This document shows, piece by piece, positions 25,776 to 36,929 of a stretch of DNA of 64,000 nt (positions within the stretch are counted from its first letter, which is position 1; each line of letters starts with the position of its first letter). The notes beneath the pieces are model-generated. The model saw nothing but the letters and a program-made list of their open reading frames with translations, did no database searches and was not told where the DNA came from. The translations under genes were made by a program, and so were the position numbers. This DNA comes from Squalus acanthias (lineage: Eukaryota), in contig CM059438.1 of the NCBI GenBank assembly GCA_030390025.1, positions 59,336,001 through 59,400,000 on the forward strand, given 5' to 3'.

Positions 25776-26950
25776 ATGAACGTGTTACGCAATATCATGT
25801 GTAGTTTGCTAGTTTGTAAAATCATAATATGTAGCCTCGGGAGGACTCAGGCTAGAGTACCCCCACGGGCCAAAAGAGGGTTATGGGTGAACACCTTTTT
25901 ATATATGTCATACACATATGCCAAGAGAGTTGACGTTGCCAGCTGTTGGGTCTGCGCCCATGTCCCCACGCACTTGGGGGAAGGAGTCCCCCTACAACCA
26001 ATCCCACTTAGTGATGATGAGATGGTCAGTTGGATGTTTGTAGTTAGAGCAGGATGCACAAGTGTGGGCTGTTATGAAGCCAAGACAGACAGCAGCACTA
26101 TAGCAAAGCTCCAACGTCATGGGTACAACCCAGAATATTGTAGTGGGTGGACACGGTCAATATATAACGATTCCTATCTACCACCGTTCCTGAGAACGAG
26201 GAGTAAGAAGGGACAAAGGGGGGGGACTATGTCTCGTAAAGAGGGGACGACCGACAGATCCTATTGTGGGCTACAGTAACTGCACATATAACATTGCCTT
26301 GCCTGGTGAAACGGGTAGTGCGAAACTCCCGTCACTAAACAGAAGCGGTGACTTCTCAGTACAATGGGACCCCCCAGAGGTAAATAAGTATACCCCCTAC
26401 AACGGGACTCATTTTGTGTGCGGTCATAGGGCCTATCCCTGGTTGCCCCGAGAATGGAGCGGGTAAAATGGCAAGGGAATCCATTAACCTGGCCTCGGTC
26501 TTGGAGCAGGTGGCCAATGATACAGCTGAAGCCCTAGTTAAGGTTAATGCAGAGATGGTAGCCCTCCGCACAGTCGCTCTACAAAATCAGATGGCCCTTG
26601 ACTATGTGTTGGCAGAAAAAGGGGGAACCTGTGCCCTAATAAGTACAGAATGTTGCACCTACATACCAGATAACTCGGAAGCAATAACTAACTTGGCAGA
26701 ACACATACAGGAAGAAGTAAAGAAATTAAAATAACCTCCGGCATCCACCCTTTGGGGCTGGGCAACTGGATGGTTGGGATCACTCGGGACATCAGTAGTA
26801 CAAGGATTGATTTTGTTCTTTGTTATAATATTAGTGATGTATGGTCTGGCCCTATTGTTAAAATGTTGTTGCGCACAAATATCACGGCCTGCTGTAAGTG
26901 TCATGATGGTTAATCAAGTGACACCCGGAGAGAGAGATGTGTGGATATGA
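25776..26950 (+). pseudogene. env: ERV-A gamma-type envelope, with frameshift, internal deletion near 26463 and stop at 26732
   Basis: Signal peptide; SU CWVC (CXXC); TM immunosuppressive domain LQNQMALDYVLAEKGG; CX6CC (CALISTECC); anchor GLILFFVIILVMYGLALLL. SU/TM cleavage site and fusion peptide are missing. Confidence 0.93.
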
Positions 26951-27130
26951 GTCCCTATACAAGGATGCCACAGTCTGACTAATGGACTGTGAGCCCCTGG
27001 AATGTAAATATACAGAACATCAGGAATACTAAAAAGTACTGCCAAAGGCTGTATCAAAGATCTACTTACATTTCCAAAAATCTGTATGATGCTGGTTCCC
27101 TGTCACAAAAGGAGTTTTGATCAGGGACCA

Positions 27131-27141
27131 ACAGGAGGGAC
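27131..27141 (+). promoter_or_regulatory. ERV-A polypurine tract
   Basis: ACAGGAGGGAC directly before the TG of the 3' LTR. Confidence 0.75.
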
Positions 27142-27673
27142 TGTTAGGGTGAAAATTATAGGGCTTAAAGCAGCAACGTAAAAAGTTAAAGAATGTGCTG
27201 TAAAATGTAAACTCGTAAATACAGAATGGTTTCGCTGACACAGTGCGATGAGTAATGTCTGTGGTCAACATGCGTACGTGCGAGGCAACTTGAGGCCCAC
27301 TAAGACAATAATAGCACAACGGTTACACTTGAGAACCAATCACCGCATGACCAGCCAGTCCGGCCGGACAGATGTGACGCAACACTCTATGTTTATAGTT
27401 TCGGAAGGGAAGTAACAAGAACATTTAGCTTAAAGTGCAGATTATAATTAAGGAGCTTGTTGCTGGGGGAATGTGATTGGGTGAAGACATTTGTATGTAA
27501 TGAATTGCGTACCCGACCCTATAATGTATAAAAGAAGTTCCGATACCACTGTAATGACGAGAAGTGGATCACTAGACCGCGGGGTCTATGGCTCTTCTCC
27601 CAGGGCGCTCTGTTAAATAAACTGTGATCTTCTGCTTTGAGACAGACTCGAGTTAATTCATTTTTCACCAACA
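27142..27673 (+). repeat. ERV-A 3' LTR, 532 bp, intact
   Basis: TG...CA termini; direct repeat of the split 5' LTR (about 14 substitutions and 2 indels counted by eye). Confidence 0.98.
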
Positions 27674-27678
27674 GAAAG

Positions 27679-28143
27679 GTTCTATCTTTATAGGAGTCTC
27701 GCTATCCCATCTTTCCCGCCAATCTTTAAAATCCTTTTGTTTCTAAGTACTCCGGTGCTTAATCAGTGATGGGTCATCCTCAGACCCATGAGTATTCTGT
27801 GATTGGACTAATGGCCCTAAGTCTGGGACATATTTCGGTCTTTGTGTTGGGAAAAACTGGCTCCTCTCCTGTTGGCTAGACCAGTGGGTTCATTGTTCTG
27901 CTTCTCTTCTGAGATGGAGGTGAGAAGTGCTTTTGCATATTCTGGATGACTGACAGTTCTTTTCTCACAACCAACTGCCATGCGTTCTCTGGAGTTTTAA
28001 CAAACCAGTTTTCCACATATCTGCACAGGGTAATCCCATCACAGGGAAAATACCCTCAGAAAAATCCCATAAAGTCCACAAAATATTCTCGACTGAGTCC
28101 ATTCTTCAAACAGAGACTTTGCGATCTCTTCAGTCCCCCGTTT
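27679..28143 (-). repeat. U3 part of the minus-strand LTR (28132-27679) with PPT-like tract at 28133-28143
   Basis: Minus strand reads AAACGGGGGAC|TGAAGAG, the same PPT-LTR pattern as ERV-A. Minus-strand TATAAA near 27690. Lies downstream of ERV-B env. Confidence 0.55.
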
Positions 28144-28529
28144 GATGCTTTTCTTTCCACAAAGCATCACTCAACAAGAGAGCAAAGGCCAAAGTCTCCC
28201 ACAAGTGAAGCTGTTTCCCTGTTTTTACATTTTAAAACCCAGAACTGTACCCTTACTGCGTGTCATAGTTCCCTTCTACCGAGTCAAAACATCAGCGAAA
28301 CGGCTTCTGACACATTCAAACGGCTGGTTCCAATTCCCACCGACAAACCTCAAGTCAAAATACAGAACATTAATAAGATCCACAGGACGTTACCAAAAAG
28401 TCACCGCGCACATCGCACAGTACAGCATTGACAGGTGGTAACACATTACACAAATACAACAGCGCACATCGCGCAATACAGAGTCTAAAACTATAACCAG
28501 AATACAATACACTTGCTTACAGAACTTTG

Positions 28530-30674
28530 GTACATTCCAAATTTTTTGCAGGGAGAAACCATCATCAATATCAATCAATGACACCTTTGCGGATCGATCT
28601 AACACCCCTTGCCACCGCGCTCGGAGCATCCGGCTCCGGATCGATCTAACACCCCTTGCCACCGCGCTCGGAGCATCCGGCTCCGGATCGGTCTAACACC
28701 CCTTACCACCGCGCTCGGAGCATCCGGCTCCGGATCGATCTAACACCCCTTGCCACCGCGCTCGGAGCATCTGGCTCCGGATCGGTCTAACACCCCTGGC
28801 CACCGCGCTCGGAGCATCCGGCTCCGGATCGATCTAACACCCCTGGCCACCGCGCTTGGAGCATCCGGCTCCGGATCGATCTAACACCCCTTGCCACCGC
28901 GCTCGGAGCATCCGGCTCCGGATCGGTCTAACACCCCTGGCCACCGCGCTCGGAGCATCTGGCTCCGGATCGATCTAACACCCCTTGCCACCGCGCTCGG
29001 AGCATCCGGCTCCGGATCGATCTAACACCCCTGGCCACCGCGCTCGGAGCATCCGGCTCCGGATCGATCTAACACCCCTGGCCACCGCGCTCGGAGCATC
29101 CGGCTCCGGATCGATCTAACACCCCTGGCCACCGCGCTCGGAGCATCCGGCTCCGGATCGATCTAACACCCCTTGCCACCGCGCTCGGAGCATCCGGCTC
29201 CGGATCGGTCTAACACCCCTGGCCACCGCGCTCGGAGCATCCGGCTCCGGATCGGTCTAACACCCCTGGCCACCGCGCTCGGAGCATCCGGCTCCGGATC
29301 GATCTAACACCCCTGGCCACCGCGCTCGGAGCATCCGGCTCCGGATCGATCTAACACCCCTGGCCACCGCGCTCGGAGCATCCGGCTCCGGATCGGTCTA
29401 ACACCCCTGGCCACCGCGCTCGGAGCATCCGGCTCCATCGCCTGCAGCTGGTGTAAAACAAGTAGCTCATAAGCAACAATTGGATAATAACTAATGCATG
29501 GGAACAGATGCGGATCCAGGGAGGAATCTCTATACTCAGACCGATGTCCCACCACGGTGGCGAGACAATCCCCTTGATCTCCTCCCCCACTTCTACTGTC
29601 TTTTGCTCTAAAGTGTAAAAATGTTTCTGGGAGAGCTCAACAGTCTTTATTAACTCAGTGCGATGTTCCGTCAGAAAAGGAATCGTTCCAGGTCCCTCTT
29701 CTCTGCCTCCCCGGACCCCACACTATCCCCAACATTCAGATTATAAAGCTGTTCTTTCTCTACATTTCCATAGTCCAGTTCATAAAATTCCTGAAACATC
29801 GCTTTTAACAGAGCTTCATAAAGCTTCTCCGTCTTCCTTGGACACCACACAGGCAGATGGGCTTCAGTCAGGTTCAGGATCACGGATGCCACGGCGTAGT
29901 GCACATTCTGAAACAACACTTTGTCAGTAGGGATTAACACCAAGCCATTCCCTGGACCCCTGGTGGTGGTGGGACACCCATCTACAGTCGTCTGTACCGT
30001 CGGGGCTCTGGGCGGGGGCTTCCTGGTGTATGAGATGAGCTCTGTGGCGTTGATGGTGTTCGGGGGTTTTGGGATCACACAGGAGTTCACACTCCGGTCC
30101 CACCCCCGGTGTCCTGCCATCGCCTGCTAAACGCGATCGACACACCCGCTGGGCAGATCTTTTCCGACCCCCACATACACACCTAAATCCCTTCCTCGGA
30201 TACCCACCACTTATCCCAACACACATTAACTCCTCCCTGAGAACCCGTGATCGTCCGGTACGTGTCATTACTCTGTCTTTCCCAGTCAGCTGTCTGGTCC
30301 CCTGTATCCATGCTCAGTTTCCTGAGCCACCACCACCTTCCCAGTGGAATGTGTGCCCTACAGCTAAGGCACACCCGTTTACCCTCTGTTACCCTAACCT
30401 GGGAGGTGGTAACTCCTATTCTCGGGCATGGGATGGACGCTTCACCATAGGTGAGCTTGTCATGGCTGGAATACTGAGTGGAATTCGACCCCAGCCATCC
30501 AGGCCATCTTCCCTCGTGGAGATAGACGCTCGCCCCATCCTTCGAGCCACCTCCAGTGGTCACAGTCGGTCCGTCTCCGCCGGTGCAGCCGAAGATAACC
30601 GATTCCTCGGTGTCGCCCCTGTGACTTGTGCTGGCTTCAATCATGACGCTCAGGACTACCATGGCTTACTTCAT
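28530..30674 (-). pseudogene. ERV-B envelope-like gene: signal peptide, Ig-like domain, T/P-rich stalk, F2-like segment, internal deletion, heptad repeat, TM anchor and tail
   Basis: Splice acceptor TGTGTGTTTTCAG at 30693, then MK*AMVVLSVMIEA; ORFs 30183-30662 and 29671-30120. C-terminal frame TEHRTELIKTVELSQKHFYTLEQKTVEVGEEIKGIVSPPWWDIG...HALVIIQLLLMSYLFY. No CX6CC or ISD. True stop position uncertain. Confidence 0.7.
28591..29436. repeat. 47-bp minisatellite, 18 copies (GGATCGATCTAACACCCCTGGCCACCGCGCTCGGAGCATCCGGCTCC)
   Basis: Exact 47-bp period (18 x 47 = 846 bp) with very few variants; lies inside the env cytoplasmic tail. Confidence 0.98.
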
Positions 30675-30899
30675 CTTGTTCTTAGGCGTTCCCTGAAAAC
30701 ACACAGAATGCAACGTTGTCCTTGGGTGATGCCTCACCTTTCCAGACGCAGCTACACACGATTACATTTGGTATCCACAGCATACATGTAAATCCAAACT
30801 ATACAGACAAGCTAAGGCAACAGACAAGAGAGAAAGAAGTTATGTACAGCGCCACCTGTCTCCGGGTGGCCACACTAGGTCTCCTCGACTCTGGGCCTC

Positions 30900-33800
30900 T
30901 TACTGACTCCGGCTTCCTTCGTTCACCGGTGTGTAAGGAGGCGTCCACGGCACCCTCGGCCGTGGGATCCTGGCACTCCTTCTCACTCCTGCCCCCACAG
31001 GCAGAACGACTGGTCCCTCTGTGGGCTCCTCACAGTCCCAGATTATGGGCTGGAGACCTACACCTGTAGCGCAGCTCACCACTCCCTGCTGTTTCCTCCT
31101 CTTATCAGCTCTTTCCCCAGGGTTGAAAAGCTTGCACTGATTGATATGGAACCACTTAGTGCGTCGAGGCATTTTGACCGCCTATACCATCGACTAGCCC
31201 TATCCACGATACTGTACGGTCCCATGTATAGCGGTTCAAAAGTCCCTACCCTGGCGAAGTTTCTAACCATTACTTGATCTCCGACCTTCCACTCGTGGTG
31301 CCTCTGAGGCTCAAGCAATAAACGATTTCTACGATGTTGCTTCCCCATGTTACTGGCAGCCTGCCAATGGATCTGTCTGAGATGCTCAAGCAAATTCTTA
31401 ACAAACCTGTCCCGATTCACCTCTCTCAACTGACCTTCCGTGAGAACCGGGGCCAGTACATGGCTGGGCGTTCTCATGACCCTGCCAGTCACGAGCTCAT
31501 GTGGGGAATACCCTGTGCTTCTAGACAGGCTGGCTCGGACCCCCATCAGAACTAACAGCAAGACATCCGCCCATTTTCTAGGCGAGTCTCCCGTCTCCTT
31601 CCGTAACCTTTCCTTGATGGTCCTATTCATCCGCTCCACAATCCCCGATGACAGCAGGTTGTGTGCGACGTGCCATTTACCCTCTACACCTACAGTCGCC
31701 TGCACGACTGCCCCTGTGAAGTGACTCCCCTGATCGGACTCCACATACTGTGGTAGCCCCCACCTAGAGAACACTTCTCTCACTAGAATCCTTGTGGTCC
31801 CCAAAACTGTGGCTGTTCAGCATGGGAAGGCTTCTACCCATTTAGAGAACACATCCACCAGGACCAGGCAGTACTTGTAACCCCCCCGTGCGGTGGGCAG
31901 CGGTCCAATATAATCGACCTGTATGGACTGCCATGGTCCCTCCACTCTCCTAGTGTGTCCCATGGATACCTTCCTTTTCTGGGGTCAGGGTTGTTTGCAG
32001 CACACACCAAGCAATCCGCGCAGAAGTCGCGGACGTCCTCCCTCAGTTGCGGCCACCACCCTGCCTGTTCCACCCATTGCCAGGTGGTCTCCGGCCCAGG
32101 GTGCCCCGCTCCTGGACCCTTGTGGGCCAACTGAAGGAATTCTCTCCGGTGCTGCTGCGGAACTACCCACTGTTCCCCTCTGAATACCATCCCTTCCTTT
32201 ACCGTAATGCCTGCCACTCCGTATGGACCCTCTACCTTATCTCCCTTAGCCAGCATCTTCAGAACAGTCTTTAGGACGGGATCCCGTGCCTGGACCATCT
32301 TTTGGTCCAGGGGCCAATGCTACCTCTGCACTCCCTTGGGTCCCACCTCTGTCTCTGATCACTGCTACCGGACTCGACCCATATGGATCCCAAAACGTGC
32401 CCGTTCGAGCACCCTCTTTGGCCAGCACGTCGGCCTGCTGATTGCCCTCCGCACGGGGTTCTGTCTTTGAATGGGCCTTGACTTTGTGGATATAGAAATC
32501 CCCCTGGGTTCCTATCGATGTTATGATCTGTTGCAACAATGGCTTGGTTGCTAGGGGTTTCCCGTCTGCAGATGTGAACCCGCGACGAGACCAAATGGCT
32601 AAATATTCTGTCCACGAATTGCAAGTGAACATGCTGTCCGAGCAAATCGTGTAGGGTGCAGGGAACTCTTCGGGGTGGGTAACCACATACACCACCGCCG
32701 ACAGTTCAGCGTGCTGGGCGCTCATGGTGCTCGGGAGTTTAATGGCCTTGGCAATGCCTGCCTTTGGGTCAAAAATCCCGCATCCAGTGAGTCGCTCCCC
32801 GGCCACCACTGTACTGGACCTGTCTACATAGATCTCGTGGCCCGTGGGATGGATCCCAGCCCGAAACCCTATGTCTACATCCCATACCCCTTCAACAGAA
32901 CATTTGTGGGCCACCCCTGGGTAAATCAAATTTGTGGCGAGCTTGGGCTCACAGAGGCCTTTCACACTCAAATTCGTCTGAGAGAGCAATAAAGTCCAGC
33001 GAGCAATGCGTGCATTGCTCACCGTGCCGTCCTTTATCCTCCCATCCAGAAGCATCTGAGTGGGCTTATGATGGGTTAAGAGAGTTAACGGGGACGCCCC
33101 CGTGAAGATTTGTGATCTCCTCACGGCCCAATGTGTGGCTAGCAGGTGCCTCTCACAATTGGAGTAGCCCCTCTCTACATCTGTGAGGATTCTTGATGAG
33201 TATACCACAGGCCTCAGCTTGCCATGCCGCTCCTGGAGCAGCACTGAGCTCAAACTGTCCCCTGTGGCAGCTACCTCCAAAAAGAACTCCTTTCCCCCAT
33301 CAATCGCTCCTAAAGCCGGTGCGGTCTGCAGATCTCTCTTCAGACGACTAAAAGCTGCCATGCAGTCCTCATCCCATTCCCAGCCCACTCCCTTGTGGAG
33401 GAGCCGGAGTAGAGGGGCTGCCGTAGCGGCATAGTCCTCTATGAAATCCCTGCAGTACCCTGTGAGTCCCAGGAAGGATCTTACCCCCGTTACCGTGGTC
33501 GGGGCTGGTAGCTCCTGTATCGCCTTCCTCCTCACCTCATCGATGGCCCTCTCCCAGCACGTATGGTCAGCCCAAGGAATTTTACTTCCTGCTGGCCGAT
33601 CTGTGCTTTCTTGGGATTAACCTTGAACCCAGCTTCCTTTAACAGACTCAGCAGCTCAGCCAGCAGGGGGCCATCCAACTCCCCCTTGTTGGAGAACAAA
33701 AGCAGGTCGTCCACGTACTGCACAAGCCGCTGCGGTCTGCTAAACCCTTTTAAACAGTTGGCCATACATTGGTGGAAAATAGAAGGGCTGTTATGAAACC

Positions 33801-34785
33801 CTTGGGGAAGGCAGGTCCATGTGTACTGCTGACCCTTGAAAGTGAATGCGAACTTATACTGGTCCTCCCTTTTGAGAGGGATAGACCAGAATCCGTTCGA
33901 AATGTCCAGCACCGTGAATGTTTTCGCTGATGCCGGGATACTCCCGATCAGGTCGGCTACGGCTGCGACGGTGGGGGCACAGGCTGGGATGTTCTTGTTA
34001 AGAACCTGATAGTCCACAGTGGCTCTCCACGAATTGTCCGGTTTCCTAACCAGCCAAATCGGAGAGTTCACATGGGTCGCTATGGGTCTCAACACACCCT
34101 GCTCAACCAGTGATCCCAATGCTGTCTCTAAATCCGCCTCTGCCTCTCTGGGGAAGTTGTACTGTTTCTGTGGTCGGGCCATGGGGTCTCCTTCTACTCT
34201 GACCTCCACCCCTATTACCCTCCCACAGTCGTGCTTGTGTGTAGCGAATGCCGCGAGGTTGGCTCGCACATCCGCTATGTACTCCGCCGGGGTAGAAGTG
34301 AGCAAAAGTTCAAGGTCATAACTACCCTTGGGCTTCATCGTACACACGGTTCCCTTGCCTTGCTTCCCTGGTATAACTACCACCTCCTTCTCCTTTCCCG
34401 TGCATACTGCCCCCCAAAGACAGTGATTCCGGAAATCCACCAATATCTTGTGGGCCAGTATGAAGTCTGCCCCCAAAATGCCTATTCCCTCCCGCTCCCA
34501 CCACATCAGGACACATTTCCACTCTGTATGGAGTGTACCCAGATCGATGGCTAGCGGGATGGAGAAAGACCCAGCCTGTTCATTCCTGGTGAACCCTACT
34601 AAGTTATATGGGACCCCACTTGATAGAGGTGATGTGGTCGGGTTATCCGCATAGACAATGGTGCTTGAAGCTCCAGTGTCCAGCAGATAGGTCCCTTGCA
34701 CCTTCTCCACCCCCACCTTCACGCACGGTCTCTTCCAAGCATCATAACTTAGTGGGCACAGGTAAACGGGCTGAGAAGCCCCTAG
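30900..34785 (-). pseudogene. pol: ERV-B pol (protease, RT, tether RNase H, RNase H, integrase), several frameshifts
   Basis: Motifs LLDTGAS; NSPIWLVRK; LDISNGFWSI; LPQGFHNSP; QYVDDLL; VYSSRILTDVERGYSNCERHLLA; IYVD, SAQHAEL, ICSDS, KVKAH, GNQQAD; H-X6-H...C-X2-C; ESDQGSHF; SGIVERMN; MGPY. Confidence 0.95.
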
Positions 34786-36180
34786 TCATGGGTTGGGATT
34801 GTTCGGGGCGGATGGGAGTACACTGCCCGCTGTCGCGTCCACCCTACCCTGCCCTGCCGGAAAGACTGCGCGGAGAGCAGCCACTAATACCGCGAACGGA
34901 TCAGTGCTGCTTCCTGCCACAGCTGTGGCTTTCTGCACTGGCGCTGGAGGATCCCCTTTCCCGCTCCTTTTGTCAGAGACTGGGCAGTCTTTCCTCCAGT
35001 GCCCTTTACTCCCGCACCCATAACAACCCTGCTTCTTCTCTGAGCTACAGCCTTCCTGGCGCCACTCTCTTATAACGTTGCCTCCATTAGGCTTTAACTC
35101 GTGTACTCTGCCCTTTGGTTTGTCATCCTCACCCCTACCATTCTTAAAAGAGAGAGTTAACTGCCGGATCACACTCTCTTCTGTGGTCTGGGGATCCCTG
35201 GAATCGAACCACCCCTCTGCTTTGGCCTTGATCCTGGGCAGGCTGTTCGCCACCAGGGTCCTCAGCCAATGAGCCCTAGGCTCCCCCTGCAGCTGCGCCC
35301 GGTCGGGCACCCCCACACAGGCACTCCGGTAGACGGGCCAAAGCCTGTCCGCGAAAGCCTGCGGTGCCTCCCCAGCTGACTGCAGTGTCCTTTCCATTCA
35401 GGAGATGGGACTTCCATCACTGAGGCCCATAGCCTCTAGGATGTCATCCTTTATCCCCTCTAACGTACCCTGCCCCCTCTTGCTACCCGCTGAGAGCGAC
35501 TGGTACAACCTACTATCCAGGGAAAACAAAAGTAATTTGGCTGTCTCAGCTTCATTACAATTATTGATCCCCCCCACCTGCTCCACATCCGTAAAATGGA
35601 CAGATGGGTCCCCTGTGCTGGTCAGTTTGGTCAGGTTAGAGACCATTGCCTGCAGCTGGGGGGTCGTATACGGGACCACGAAGTCACGCTGCAGTGCTCC
35701 TTGCTCTTGACCGTCTACGAGCGTACCGTATTTCTGCTGCCGGACAGGGCACATGGGTCCTGGTCCCGGCACTTCGGGCAGTAGTCGAGCGTCCTCCTCT
35801 GCCTCACAGCCCTCCTTATCTCCCTCCTGCTCTTCCTCATCTACCCGGGCCACTCCCGGAGCTACCAAGCAGACCATCCCTTTGGCCTTAGATAGAGCAT
35901 CGGTCAAATTCCGGATCTGCTCCTGGCCTGGACCATGATTACCCGTATCAAACCCTCCAGTGCTGGCGACTCTGTCTGCCACCTGAATATCCTTCAACTG
36001 CTCTCCCAGCACCTTTACCTAACTCGACAAGCGAGCGTTCTCCTCCCTAACCACCCTCTCGTTCCCCTTTGCCTCAGTTACCTGGCATTGCAGGAACTCC
36101 TTATGGTTACGGAAGGTTTCCTCCTGGCTCATTCTTCCCTGCTTCTCATCCCTTAGCTCCTCCGTGCATAACCTGCTCCC
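34786..36180 (-). pseudogene. gag: ERV-B gag (coiled-coil N-region, capsid, one CCHC knuckle), in-frame stops at 35398 and 36019
   Basis: ORFs 35398-36012 and 34786-35397 share one frame. MHR-like LQSAGEAPQAFADRL and knuckle CYGCGSKGHWRKDC. The upstream frame EELRDEKQGR...EENARL continues to about 36180. Confidence 0.88.
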
Positions 36181-36277
36181 GACTGCTTATCCTGTTCCCT
36201 TGTTCTGACCACTGCCCCGGTTTCAATTCTCAGCAGGATTTGAACTGGAAGCAGTGCATATAAGTTGAAAGCAATTT

Positions 36278-36490
36278 CCCACTCCCACTCCAATCTCATT
36301 CCTATTCCCATTCCCAATCTCATTCCCACTCCCATTCCCACTCCCAATCTCATTCCCACTTCCATTTCCATTCCCAATCTCATTCCCACTCCCACTCCCA
36401 ATGCCATTCCCATTCCCACTCCCAATCTCATTCCCATTCTCAAACTCATTCCCATTCCCACTCCCAAACGCATTCCCAATTCCATTCCCA
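36278..36490. repeat. Hexamer microsatellite (CCCATT/CCCACT/CCCAAT)
   Basis: Direct 6-bp periodicity. Confidence 0.9.
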
Positions 36491-36671
36491 GCTGGTGCAG
36501 GAGATGGAACACGCAGTCAGAGACTGAACTTTCACTGTTATACAAATGCCACTGTCCCTAATAACAGGAACTGACAAACAAATGGGAACAAGATCCAAAA
36601 AAACTTTCACATGGCGAAGGTGAAACTTTACATTGCCTGAATTGGAAGCAAATACAACTCAGGCCACTCGA

Positions 36672-36811
36672 GGGGCGGGAGAGAGAAAGAATGTCAGCGA
36701 TGGGGAATGAAGGGCCCTGATTGGGGGAGGTGTGGCTGTTAATCGGAGGTGAGGGGAAGAATTGAGAAAGTTCGCTGAGTCACTGCCCTGACACTGGGTG
36801 AGAATATAAAA
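36672..36811 (+). promoter_or_regulatory. ier3 proximal promoter: GC box, inverted CCAAT, AP-1 site, TATA box
   Basis: GGGGCGGGA near 36672, CTGATTGG 36717-36724, TGAGTCA 36776-36782 and TATAAAA 36805-36811, about 400 bp upstream of the ATG. Confidence 0.7.
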
Positions 36812-36929
36812 GGGGTGTGAGATTGCGAGAGCAGGCAGAACAGAACTGAACAATAAACTGAGAATCTAACGGGAGACGGCGACAGGCAATAAAATCCGCA
36901 AAAGCCCCGGCAAGACAGCAAATAACATC

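Larger units (their letters stand above)
15749..27673 (+). mobile_element. ERV-A: endogenous retrovirus with gamma-type env, defective and internally rearranged
   Basis: Two LTRs of about 530 bp (TGTTAG...CCAACA), 5-bp TSD GAAAG (15744-15748 / 27674-27678), PBS, PPT and gag/pro/pol/env remnants. Confidence 0.97.
15144..36180 (-). mobile_element. ERV-B: decayed lokiretrovirus-like LTR retroelement (gag-pro-RT-tether-RH-IN-env-PPT-LTR), 5' end missing, 3' LTR interrupted by ERV-A
   Basis: Colinear minus-strand gag (CCHC), DTG protease, YVDD RT, two RNase H-like domains, HHCC/DDE integrase and TM-anchored env, followed by a PPT-like tract and LTR-like signals. No 5' LTR or PBS found. Confidence 0.75.

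Noticed and set aside
25776..26950. Co-opted syncytin-like env
   Set aside because: Frameshift, premature stop and loss of the cleavage site and fusion peptide.
15144..28384. Alternative reading as an independent 1.3-kb solo LTR with GGAC TSD (15140-15143 / 28385-28388)
   Set aside because: TGT...ACA ends and a 4-bp match exist, but such a match can arise by chance. The PPT-TG junction at 28143-28132 downstream of env in the same orientation favours the 3' LTR of ERV-B. Not fully excluded.
27946..28441. 161-aa and 99-aa plus-strand ORFs
   Set aside because: Antisense to the LTR/3' UTR with no motifs.
30069..30791. 240-aa antisense ORF over ERV-B env
   Set aside because: Non-ATG start and no recognisable motifs; probably a shadow frame. 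Conservation across copies would be needed to revisit it.
36153..36561. GM-repeat and IP-repeat ORFs
   Set aside because: Translations of a hexamer microsatellite.
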